From an uncultured Bacteroidales bacterium (GTDB lineage Bacteria; Bacteroidota; Bacteroidia; Bacteroidales; CAIXZF01): a DNA stretch of 64,000 nucleotides. Below the pieces are notes generated by a model, which worked only from the letters and a program-made list of their open reading frames with translations, had not been told where the DNA came from and made no database searches. The stretch is taken from contig CAZSQJ010000008.1 of NCBI GenBank assembly GCA_964608665.1, forward strand, positions 12,935-76,934, given 5' to 3'. The position numbers were made by a program, and so were the translations under genes. Position 1 is the stretch's first letter. Each line of letters begins with the position of its first letter. This document shows, in pieces, positions 35,747 through 44,532 of the stretch.

Positions 35747-38047
35747 TTATAAAAGGATGAATTTACTTTTTATTGAATGTGATTTTGCGCTCAGGCTGAT
35801 GACATACACCCCTTGCGGGAGACCGCTTAAATCAATCAAGCAGGTTTGTCTGCCCGGCAATCCGGATCCCGCTAACGAATAGGAACGGACCAGCAGGCCT
35901 TGTGCGTCGGAAACATGAACCTCAGCAAGGCCGGGCTGGCTGTCGTATTCGATATAGACCCGGCTTTGCGCGGGATTGGGATAAATCCTGAGCCCTGCAG
36001 CAGGACAGACCGGGTAAAAATTCCGCAAGCCTTTGGAGGGTTGCATATTCACAAAAGGGCCATATCCGTTTGGGTAGCGGCCCGTGGACAAGCCGGGTGA
36101 CTGCAGGCCGTATGTCACCGAATCGATGAGGATCCCCTCATCGGTAATGAGTCTAAGCTGTCCGCCTTCGGCAGGAAGGGAAATCGCCGCTGCTATTTCA
36201 GGTCCGGCCTGAAATTCAATGGGTTGCACCACGAGGTAAGTGTTTGCCGGCATTACCGTATCCGGGAAAGTCCACTGGAAAGGATTTTCCGGGGAGCCGG
36301 ACAAGCACAGCCCCTTCAGGCTGACCGGTTCATGTGTATTGTTAAAGAGTTCAAGCCAGGCATGCGGCCGGACGGCTCCTTCGGTAACATCGCAGCGGGG
36401 AGGTTTAACCTCATTGATCACTACATCCCCGGAAATCAGCCGGGTCTGAAGGGTATAAAACGCATGTGCCGCTCTTTCGGGACTGAAGGCGGCTGCGCTG
36501 TCATTTTCAGCATAGCAATAATATTGCATGTTCACGCCGCTGACAGGAACCGAAACAGCAAAAACCCCGTCGCCGGCCATTCCGTCCTGGTGCATTCCGT
36601 CGTCAAACATAGCCATTGGGGTAAAGACATCCCGGCTGTGCTGCCTCAGGTAAATCATTACGCTTGTGGCACCGGGTACCTGCACGCTGAAACGGCATTG
36701 CTGCCCCCGGAGCGGCACCGGCGGATCATGTGTCACATCGGAAATGACCGGCGCACCTGAATATCCGGGATAAGAGGCTAAATAGCTGATCCTCGCCTCC
36801 ATCAGGGATTTCAGGCCGGGATAAGCCAGCATGCCGCCACTGCCCCCAACCGTGGTATCGCGGTTCAGCAGGAAATCCGCATAAGAATAGAACTTATTGG
36901 TATCGGCCAGAACGTGGACATTCACAACAGCCTGCCACTGTCCGGCAAGCCGGTAATACTCCCCGCTTACCAGGTTTTCCTCCGCAATGGTCCGGATATG
37001 CGCCAGATACATTTTCCGCAGGGTATCGTTTTCAAAAAGCCTGGTCATCAACGGTCTCGGAGAAACAGAGAAGGTGAGGTGCTGCAGTGGATCAAGCACA
37101 GTGAGTTCATCGATGCTCAGCCCGAGGTAATGATGTGATCCGTCAGAATTCCTGAATGAGCCGAATGACATATTCAAATCCCAGGGTACCGGGTTAAAAA
37201 GCCCGTTATCGTCCTGGTACATATAATAATTCTGTGCATAGCCGATATAGGAATCCAGGTTCAGGGTCACGTAATTGAAGGCATGCATCCAGAGGGTCTG
37301 ATCCACATTCAGAACTGTCCCGACTTTTTCAGGGTCATTGTTCAGGATATCAGTTAGATGCACGATGGATTTCCATCCCGTATCAGATTCCAGTTCGTAG
37401 TACGGCAGGTAAGCCGATGTGTCACTTCCCCGGTAGCTCAGGTTGGCATTCTGCCCGAAAGGATATTGCAATTGGTCCGGACTGCCTTTGAAAAAGCAGT
37501 TATCGTTGGACGGGAAGTGCCTGCCGATGAATCCTTTATCCACAGATTCCACATTGGTGTAAAGCCCTGCAAGGGTATCGTTTACATAAACATTGGCAAA
37601 TCCTGCCCGGGACGCAGGCATGTATTTGCGTGCAATATGGTAAGCCAGTACTTCCCGGACAAAAGAAGGATCGTGGATCACATTGCTGAGTTTCAGTTTG
37701 GTAAACCCATCATGATTCCGGTTATTGATCTTATAATCCAGTTCAATGTTGAAGGGATTCTTGGCTGAACCAGGATTCCAGGAACTGTATCCTTTGTAAC
37801 GGATACCCGCATCTTTGTACAGGTACCCGTCTATCATCACATCTCCCGTGATCCTGCCCTGCCCGGCTTCGATCAGGCTGTCGAGAAGGGAAGCCCAGTT
37901 GCCGGCATGGAAATAAATTCTGACCTCATGTACCCTGTCGGGTGAATAAAAATCCTCCTGTGCCATAACCTGACTATGGTATCCAAGGATACACAATGCC
38001 AGCATAGCAATGATTATCAAACTCTTAAACTCTGAAGCAGCCTTCAC
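35747..38047 (-). CDS. CotH-family protein (766 aa) with a C-terminal lamin-tail-like domain and a T9SS type-A CTD
   Basis: CotH-like core FNIELDYK...FTKLKLSNVIHDPSFVREVLAYHIARKY...FANVYVNDTLAGLYTNVESVDK. LTD-like VVINEVK...HAWLELFNNTHEPVSLKGLCLS. CTD RIYPNPAQSRVYIEY...GVYVISL. GTG start. Confidence 0.8.
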   Translation of the reverse strand: MKAASEFKSLIIIAMLALCILGYHSQVMAQEDFYSPDRVHEVRIYFHAGNWASLLDSLIEAGQGRITGDVMIDGYLYKDAGIRYKGYSSWNPGSAKNPFNIELDYKINNRNHDGFTKLKLSNVIHDPSFVREVLAYHIARKYMPASRAGFANVYVNDTLAGLYTNVESVDKGFIGRHFPSNDNCFFKGSPDQLQYPFGQNANLSYRGSDTSAYLPYYELESDTGWKSIVHLTDILNNDPEKVGTVLNVDQTLWMHAFNYVTLNLDSYIGYAQNYYMYQDDNGLFNPVPWDLNMSFGSFRNSDGSHHYLGLSIDELTVLDPLQHLTFSVSPRPLMTRLFENDTLRKMYLAHIRTIAEENLVSGEYYRLAGQWQAVVNVHVLADTNKFYSYADFLLNRDTTVGGSGGMLAYPGLKSLMEARISYLASYPGYSGAPVISDVTHDPPVPLRGQQCRFSVQVPGATSVMIYLRQHSRDVFTPMAMFDDGMHQDGMAGDGVFAVSVPVSGVNMQYYCYAENDSAAAFSPERAAHAFYTLQTRLISGDVVINEVKPPRCDVTEGAVRPHAWLELFNNTHEPVSLKGLCLSGSPENPFQWTFPDTVMPANTYLVVQPIEFQAGPEIAAAISLPAEGGQLRLITDEGILIDSVTYGLQSPGLSTGRYPNGYGPFVNMQPSKGLRNFYPVCPAAGLRIYPNPAQSRVYIEYDSQPGLAEVHVSDAQGLLVRSYSLAGSGLPGRQTCLIDLSGLPQGVYVISLSAKSHSIKSKFILL

Positions 38048-38207
38048 CTACTTAACCGGGCCGGTAAAATTTAACAAAAACTTCACCCGCTTTTAACATT
38101 GAAAAACCGGGTGTTTTATAATTATCGTAATATTAGACTGTAAAACGTTAAATAGTTTACTGTGGTTACCATAAATTTCCACCGGTAAAAGGTTCTCGAT
38201 AAGCGAT

Positions 38208-38296
38208 TATACCGGCGCAGAATGGGTTTGAGAGGAACAGACACCGGATGGGCTGCGGCATGACTCAAAGTATACCGACACGGAATGGGTTTGCGA
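38208..38296 (+). repeat. Internal direct repeat (two 26-nt units, 63 nt apart) in the 438-nt spacer. It is related to the 5' part of the 103-nt repeat family.
   Basis: TATACCGGCGCAGAATGGGTTTGAGA (38208-38233) and TATACCGACACGGAATGGGTTTGCGA (38271-38296). These are followed by hairpins CCGAC-TGC-GTCGG (about 38316-38328) and GACTTTCAAATTTCAT/ATGAAATTTGAGTC (38337-38378). Confidence 0.6.
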
Positions 38297-38485
38297 AAAT
38301 CACGGGTAAAACCCTCCGACTGCGTCGGGATTGTTCGACTTTCAAATTTCATTGCACGATGTTTATGAAATTTGAGTCTCACAAAAATACTTCAGAACAG
38401 TGTACGGCATTACTCATTCTACCCAGCTTTTCTTCGCAAACCTGGCAAGAATGAGTATAAATAAAGCATCAGGGCTTTCAGCAGG

Positions 38486-39739
38486 CTAATAAACCACTAC
38501 CCTGATGCAGGTTTTAATATTACCCCCTTTGAAATGCAGCACATAAATGCCGGGAAGTAACATCGCCGTCTCCATTCCCAGGGAGGTCATTCCTCCGGTA
38601 GCCATGCGGATCAGGACATTTCCAATCATATCTGTCATTTCCACAACACCTCCGGTTTCTGACGGAATATTCTCAACATACACCATATCCCGGGCAGGGT
38701 TTGGAAAGACAATAAGCCTGGATTGTCCTTTGTTGCTGATTCCTGTGAGATCAAAATTGAAAGGCAGGCTCCAGGCGCTGCATCCGTTGGTATCGGTTAC
38801 AAAAACCCTGTAAATGCCATACTGGGTCGGGGTGAAGGTTTGCTGGGTTGCCCCGGGGATAAGGTTCGCACCCATATACCACTGGTTACCGGAGGCATAT
38901 GAACTGACAAGGCTGGGTGCCATATACGTAATCACAGGCACAGGCAGGGAGGTGTTATTGAAGGGCACCTGCGACGACCAGCTGGTATTAAGGGCAGTGC
39001 CTGCATTGAGTCCGTTCCCGAGATCTGCCAGTACGTTTCCCGCGTTTTCGTTCATCCGCCAGTATCCTGCAAGGCCGGTCTGGAGGGCAGGATCGATATG
39101 GTCGTTCATGCCTGCCAGGATTTCAGCCTGGCTGAGAGCCCTGTTCCACACCCTGACTTCATCGATCAGACCGTTGAAATACCGTGACATGCTCCACACA
39201 GTATCCGCCAGGGCCCCGATACGGGCCTTATATCCTGTGGACGGATGGATGGTACCGCTGAATGCAAAGCTGCCCATGGGATTTCCGTCGATGTAAATGG
39301 CCATGGTGCTGCCGTCGAAAGTCCCTGCCACATGCTGCCATGTATCGAGCACCAGGGAACCCGGTGGACTGAGCACTTCCTGCCATCCGACGGGAGATCC
39401 GCCGACGGCTCCCGCAAGGTTGAAGGACAATATGCCGTTCCCTCCGCAACGTAATACATACCCGAACATGGAACTGCCCCATGCATGTTTGCAGAAGATG
39501 GAATTCCCGGTGGAACCGGCGGCAAACACCTTGGGATGGATCCATGCCTCGATGGTCAGTTCATTGGTGATCTCAAGCTGATTCAGGCTTCCGATCCGGA
39601 CAAACGACGTGCTGCCGTTAAAGTCGAGGCAGGAGGTGTTGGGAATGCAGGGCTGCGCAATGAGTAGTGAGGAGTGAATGGTGAGTAGTGAATAGAGCAG
39701 TGACACAGCGAAGAACGAAAAGAGAGCAGGTTTTTTCAT
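38486..39739 (-). CDS. LamG/concanavalin-A-like lectin domain protein with an Ig-like region and a T9SS type-A CTD
   Basis: Signal peptide. LDFNGSTSFVRI...ELTIEAWIHP...WQHVAGTFDGSTMAIYIDGNPMG...IDEVRVWNRALSQAEI (Laminin_G_3 pattern). CTD VFPNPARDMVYVEN...GIYVLHF. Confidence 0.8.
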   Translation of the reverse strand: MKKPALFSFFAVSLLYSLLTIHSSLLIAQPCIPNTSCLDFNGSTSFVRIGSLNQLEITNELTIEAWIHPKVFAAGSTGNSIFCKHAWGSSMFGYVLRCGGNGILSFNLAGAVGGSPVGWQEVLSPPGSLVLDTWQHVAGTFDGSTMAIYIDGNPMGSFAFSGTIHPSTGYKARIGALADTVWSMSRYFNGLIDEVRVWNRALSQAEILAGMNDHIDPALQTGLAGYWRMNENAGNVLADLGNGLNAGTALNTSWSSQVPFNNTSLPVPVITYMAPSLVSSYASGNQWYMGANLIPGATQQTFTPTQYGIYRVFVTDTNGCSAWSLPFNFDLTGISNKGQSRLIVFPNPARDMVYVENIPSETGGVVEMTDMIGNVLIRMATGGMTSLGMETAMLLPGIYVLHFKGGNIKTCIRVVVY

Positions 39740-39835
39740 AATGGTTATTTTTATTCCATAAAATTAGTGTTTTTAAATTCGTGGAATTTTTCATACTCAT
39801 TTTTTTGCGACCTTTGGGAGCCAATTGCGAATCCC

Positions 39836-40282
39836 ATGAAAAAGATCGTTTGCCTGATCTGCCTGCTTTTCCTGCTTGCTCCCGAATATAAGGCCGTTGC
39901 CCAGGAAAAACCCATGGTTTTAAGTTTCGAGGAATTTGAAACCTGGATGAAAACACTGAGTCCCTTCGGGTATCCCTTTACCGAAACCGGGAAGAACGGG
40001 GAAGAATACCTGGCTACCTTCCTGAACCGGGAAACCATGAAGATGATCGGGATCACCATGGCACCCATGTCGGCTTTCGATAATCACAAACAGTTCAAGG
40101 GTGCGGAGGTCTATGACCTGAAAGGGCACCAGGCCGTGTTCTACGGACTTCAGAACTTCTGGAACCTGACAGTTGCGCTGCCAGCGCTGAATGCCTGCCT
40201 TCAGATCACCACCGTTTATCTCGACGCAAACAAACAGGAACTTGAGCAGGAACTCGAAAAAACAGGCGCATTGAAAAAATGA
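39836..40282 (+). CDS. Hypothetical secreted protein (148 aa)
   Basis: Signal peptide MKKIVCLICLLFLLAPEYKAVAQ at the ATG at 39836, internal to the track ORF. I recognise no family. Confidence 0.55.
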   Translation: MKKIVCLICLLFLLAPEYKAVAQEKPMVLSFEEFETWMKTLSPFGYPFTETGKNGEEYLATFLNRETMKMIGITMAPMSAFDNHKQFKGAEVYDLKGHQAVFYGLQNFWNLTVALPALNACLQITTVYLDANKQELEQELEKTGALKK

Positions 40283-40441
40283 GATGCTACAGGTCCGGCT
40301 GCGTGTTTCAGCCTAAACCGGGCTTGCGTGTTTCCCTGTCGCGATGATCGTATTCCTGTTTTTTTGAGGCAGGCTGAAAACTATTGCGCCTGATGCTTGT
40401 TATGTTGAGGTTTTATTGGCATATTATTCAACATAAAATGT

Positions 40442-41107
40442 ATGCAACATCCATCTGAACTTCGTTTCAAAACATACCATATTAGTAAAGTTAAGGTCAT
40501 TAACAGCAACTCCTACCTGTTATCCTTTCAAAGGGACTTTGATTTTCTTGCCGGTCAGATCCTTGCCCTTAAGATTGCAGATTCCGACACACCCCGTTAT
40601 TACAGCATCGCAAGCGGCATCAATGATCCGGAGATCGATATCCTGTTCAATGTCAAACCTGGCGGGACCTACAGTCCAAGACTCGCCAGACTTGTTTCCG
40701 GTGACAGTCTTCAGGTTTCCAATCCGGCAGGAATGTTCCTCGGATCTGCAGCACCGGACATCTGGGTAGCCGCCGGCACCGGGATAGCCCCGTTCAGGAG
40801 TATGCTGCGGTCAGGACTTTCGGAAGGGAAAACCCTGCTGCAGGGAGCCTCTGCCCCTGAATCCCTTTATTTTTCGGAAGAATTCAGGGCGGCTTTGGGG
40901 GAATCCTGGATCCCATGCCTGAGCAAAAGCCGGCAAACCGGAATCTTCAGCGGAAGAGTAACAGATTATCTGCGCCAGCTTCCTTTTATCGCCACTGAGA
41001 AAACCTGGTATCTTTGCGGGAGTGCGGAAATGGTTGTCGATACGAGGGATATACTGGTGGAACGGGGAGTGCCGTTTGGGAAAGTGCTGGCGGAGGTGTA
41101 TTTTTGA
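40442..41107 (+). CDS. Ferredoxin-NADP reductase-like FAD/NAD(P)-binding oxidoreductase
   Basis: RYYSIAS (the FAD R-x-Y-S motif) and GTGIAPFRSM (NAD(P)-binding), with a C-terminal aromatic end (EVYF). Confidence 0.75.
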   Translation: MQHPSELRFKTYHISKVKVINSNSYLLSFQRDFDFLAGQILALKIADSDTPRYYSIASGINDPEIDILFNVKPGGTYSPRLARLVSGDSLQVSNPAGMFLGSAAPDIWVAAGTGIAPFRSMLRSGLSEGKTLLQGASAPESLYFSEEFRAALGESWIPCLSKSRQTGIFSGRVTDYLRQLPFIATEKTWYLCGSAEMVVDTRDILVERGVPFGKVLAEVYF

Positions 41108-41108
41108 G

Positions 41109-41164
41109 GTTACGAAGTTATAGCGTTATGGAGTTAGGGGGTTATGAGGTGATACGATGTTAAT
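41109..41164 (+). repeat. 8-bp periodic microrepeat (GTTAnnnn units) in the spacer upstream of rlmN
   Basis: GTTACGAA GTTATAGC GTTATGGA GTTAGGGG GTTATGAG GTGATACG ATGTTAAT are consecutive octamers starting 2 nt after the upstream stop. Confidence 0.5.
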
Positions 41165-41208
41165 TTTTGGGGAGATGGGGGTATATTGAATGGAATGCGG
41201 ATTCGATT

Positions 41209-42225
41209 ATGATACTGCTTGGTAAAAATTTACCTGAACTGGAGGAGGTTGTGAGGGCTGAAGGGATGCCTTCCTTTACCGGAAAGCAGCTTGCAGGCTG
41301 GCTTTACGGGTCGGAGGCCCGTTCGTTCGGAGAGATGAGCAATCTTTCGAAACAAAGCAGGGCTGCATTGGAAGAAAGGTATGAGACGGGCTTATGTGAG
41401 CATGTAAAAGCAAGTGTTTCAGCCGACGGTACCAAAAAATACCTCTACCCCACCGGAGGCGGCAGGTTTATCGAAACCACCTTCATGCCCGAGGCCCGGC
41501 GCAACACGCTGTGTCTCTCGACCCAGGTGGGATGCAAAATGGGGTGTCTGTTCTGCATGACTGCCCGTCAGGGATTCCAGGCCAACCTCAGCGCGGGGGA
41601 AATCGTCAACCAGCTTCGCAGTTTACCGGAAAGGAAGCTGGTTACCAATATCGTTTACATGGGCATGGGCGAACCATTCGACAATACCGAAGAAGTCCTG
41701 AAAAGCCTGGAGATACTGACAGCCCCGTGGGGTTTCGGCATCAGTCCCAGGAAAATCACGGTCTCCACCATCGGCCTCATTCCCGGTATGAACCAATTCC
41801 TGGAAAAAACGCGCTGCAACCTTGCCATCAGTCTTCATTCCCCCTTTGATGAGGAAAGGAGGATGCTGATGCCCGTGCAGCATGTCTATCCCATCCGGGA
41901 TGTCATCAGGGAACTGAACCGTGCCGAAACAAAAAGACAGCGGAAGATCTCCTTTGAATACATCCTTTTTAAGGGAGTGAACGACAGTGACCGGCATGTC
42001 AAAGAGCTGGCCCGCCTGCTGAACAAGCTTCCCTGCCGGGTGAACCTGATGCGGTTTCACCCGGTCCCGAACGCACCGCTGGAAGGCGCCGGTGAAGCAA
42101 GCCTGGTCCGGTTCCGCGATGCATTGAATGCCAAAGGAATCATTGCCACCATCAGGCAATCAAGGGGCATTGACATTGAAGCTGCCTGCGGATTGCTGTC
42201 GACCAAAGCCATGCTCAGCAAATAA
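41209..42225 (+). CDS. rlmN: 23S rRNA / tRNA (adenine-C2)-methyltransferase, radical SAM
   Basis: CKMGCLFCMT (CxxxCxxC), GMGEP, and a C-terminal GIDIEAACG...L. I chose the ATG at 41209; the track TTG start is at 41167. Confidence 0.9.
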   Translation: MILLGKNLPELEEVVRAEGMPSFTGKQLAGWLYGSEARSFGEMSNLSKQSRAALEERYETGLCEHVKASVSADGTKKYLYPTGGGRFIETTFMPEARRNTLCLSTQVGCKMGCLFCMTARQGFQANLSAGEIVNQLRSLPERKLVTNIVYMGMGEPFDNTEEVLKSLEILTAPWGFGISPRKITVSTIGLIPGMNQFLEKTRCNLAISLHSPFDEERRMLMPVQHVYPIRDVIRELNRAETKRQRKISFEYILFKGVNDSDRHVKELARLLNKLPCRVNLMRFHPVPNAPLEGAGEASLVRFRDALNAKGIIATIRQSRGIDIEAACGLLSTKAMLSK

Positions 42226-42429
42226 GGCCATGAAATCTGCAAGCCTGAGCCTTGGCCTTTCCGTTGCATTCCTCAGGGTGGAATTTCGCTTGTAAGATAC
42301 CCCGGGTGACAAGCACCCGCGACCCGGCAAGTTAACACCTCATTAACAAAGTAATACCTGATATTCATGTACCTTTAAAACCTGGACCGCTAAATAAAAA
42401 AGTTTTTTAAGACCAAGTTGATTAATAAA

Positions 42430-42437
42430 TATCTTTG
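42430..42437 (+). promoter_or_regulatory. Bacteroidota-type -7 box (TAnnTTTG)
   Basis: TATCTTTG lies 42 nt upstream of the ATG at 42479, in an AT-rich spacer. Confidence 0.4.
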
Positions 42438-42478
42438 TACTGTCAAATAACGCATTATTAATTCATTAAGCATCATTT

Positions 42479-44518
42479 ATGAAAAGAATTACCCTCATTT
42501 TCACCCTCTTACTGGCTGCCGGCATGGTTTTCGGGCAGTATTACTACATCCCTCATGTTCCTGCAGGGCAAAATCCCGGCGGACTGAACACCGATGATGA
42601 ATACCCCGTGGGAGGCGGACTGACCACAGGCTGGACCGTAGTGCTCGGCCCCAGCCAGGCAACGCCTGCCTGGTCGAATGTGGTGACCATCCCCTTCAAT
42701 TTCACCTTCAACGGTAATGCCGTAACCAACTTTAAAGTATCTTCTTCCGGTGTGCTTACCTTCACCACCAGCGTCACCGGTACGGCACCTTCCTATACCA
42801 ACCAGGCACTGCCGCATGCCAGCATTCCCGATAATTCGGTATGTGTCTGGGGCGTGGCAGGTACAGGAACCAACGACAATATCGTGACCAAAACCTTCGG
42901 CACCGCACCCAACCGCCAGTTCTGGGTATTCTACACATCGTACACAGGGGAGTCTCCCTGGCAGTACTGGAGCTTCGTGCTTGAAGAAACCAGCAATAAA
43001 ATTTATGTGGTCGACCAGCGTTTCACCACACCTGCCGCCACCCTCACCGTCGGCATCCAGATCAACGCCACCACTGCAGTGCAGGTGAATGGTTCGCCCA
43101 ACCTGAACAACCTTTCGGGTGCCGATCCCAGTCCGGCCGACAATTGCTACTACGAATTCATCCCCGGCACATTGCCCGATTATGATATCTGGATGCAGGA
43201 AATCGACCTCTACCCCATCCAGGTACTCAGCAACGCCCCTTACACCATCGAAGGCACACTCGCCAATTCAGGCGCCGTCACCCTGAACAGCTTCGACCTG
43301 AGTTACTCCGTGAACAATGGTGCACCGGTAACCGCCAACATTACCGGACTCAATGTCGCCACTTACGGAACCTACAACTACCAGCATCCGCAAACCTGGA
43401 CCCCGGCCGCAACCGGCACCTATAACCTGAAGGTCTGGTCTTCAAATGTAAACGGCAACCTTGACCAGAACCCCGCCAATGACACCCTGTATCTGACTGT
43501 CAATGTGGTCAATGCCATTGTCCAGCGCCTGCCTTTACACGAAGCTTTCACCAGTTCAACCTGTGCTCCCTGTGTGGCAGGTAATCAGAACCTGAGCACC
43601 ATCTTCAACGCCAATCCCAACCACTGGACCTGCATCAAATACCAGATGAGCTGGCCCGGTAACGGTGATCCATATTATACGGCTGAAGGCGGAGACAGGA
43701 GAACCTATTACGGTGTGAACAGTGTTCCGCAGCTTTGGGTCGACGGCGGACTGGGAATCAACACCTCGGGCTATACTGCCGCCCAGCTGAATGCGGCTTA
43801 TACCAATCCTTCCTTTGTGAACCTGAGCGCAACCAGTCAGATCCTCTGGCCCAAATCGGTTAACATGAACATCACCATCAATCCCGTGGCTGACATCAGC
43901 AGCAGTAACCTGGTGATGCAGGTAGCCATTTTCGAATATATCACCCACAATAATGTAGGCTCAAACGGAGAAACCACCTTTAATTATGTCATGAAGAAGA
44001 TGGTTCCCGATGCCCAGGGTACCGCGCTCTCTCCCCTGGTTGCCGGCCAGACTGTGACCCAGAACCTGAGCTATACTTTTAACGGCAATTATCGCCTGCC
44101 GGCCAATGCATTATCCCCCATCAACCATGCCATCGAGCATTCGGTGGAAGAGTTCTCAGACCTCGGTGTCATCGTCTGGTTGCAGGATGCTGCCACCAAA
44201 GAGGTGTTCCAGAGCTGTTATGCCACCATTACGGTCGGCGACCAGGAAATCAGCAGTCCCGACGGCATCGTCGGCATCTTCCCGAACCCTGCCGGTCAGA
44301 CCACAAATATCCACTACTACATGGGAGGAAGCAATCAGGTGGTGCTGGAACTTTACAACATGACCGGACAGAAGGTTTATAAATACAATCCCGGCACTGT
44401 GGCCTCCGGCTCCAACATCCTGACCATTGACACACAGGATCTGCCCTCCGGATTGTATGTTGCCAGACTCCAGCTGGGGGATAACACCCAGGTGCACAAA
44501 CTGCAGATCGCACATTGA
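42479..44518 (+). CDS. Secreted T9SS cargo with an Omp28-like/thioredoxin-fold-like domain (CAPC motif)
   Basis: Signal peptide. LHEAFTSSTCAPCV (CAPC codons at 43562-43573). CTD IFPNPAGQTTNIHY...GLYVARL. Confidence 0.7.
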   Translation: MKRITLIFTLLLAAGMVFGQYYYIPHVPAGQNPGGLNTDDEYPVGGGLTTGWTVVLGPSQATPAWSNVVTIPFNFTFNGNAVTNFKVSSSGVLTFTTSVTGTAPSYTNQALPHASIPDNSVCVWGVAGTGTNDNIVTKTFGTAPNRQFWVFYTSYTGESPWQYWSFVLEETSNKIYVVDQRFTTPAATLTVGIQINATTAVQVNGSPNLNNLSGADPSPADNCYYEFIPGTLPDYDIWMQEIDLYPIQVLSNAPYTIEGTLANSGAVTLNSFDLSYSVNNGAPVTANITGLNVATYGTYNYQHPQTWTPAATGTYNLKVWSSNVNGNLDQNPANDTLYLTVNVVNAIVQRLPLHEAFTSSTCAPCVAGNQNLSTIFNANPNHWTCIKYQMSWPGNGDPYYTAEGGDRRTYYGVNSVPQLWVDGGLGINTSGYTAAQLNAAYTNPSFVNLSATSQILWPKSVNMNITINPVADISSSNLVMQVAIFEYITHNNVGSNGETTFNYVMKKMVPDAQGTALSPLVAGQTVTQNLSYTFNGNYRLPANALSPINHAIEHSVEEFSDLGVIVWLQDAATKEVFQSCYATITVGDQEISSPDGIVGIFPNPAGQTTNIHYYMGGSNQVVLELYNMTGQKVYKYNPGTVASGSNILTIDTQDLPSGLYVARLQLGDNTQVHKLQIAH

Positions 44519-44532
44519 TGATCAGGTTGAAA

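Noticed and set aside
38122-38454. Two overlapping small ORFs (86 aa on the minus strand, 68 aa on the plus strand) in the 438-nt spacer
   Set aside because: Their sequences are basic and low-complexity, with no signal or motif. They overlap each other on opposite strands and coincide with direct repeats and hairpins, so I treat the region as non-coding.
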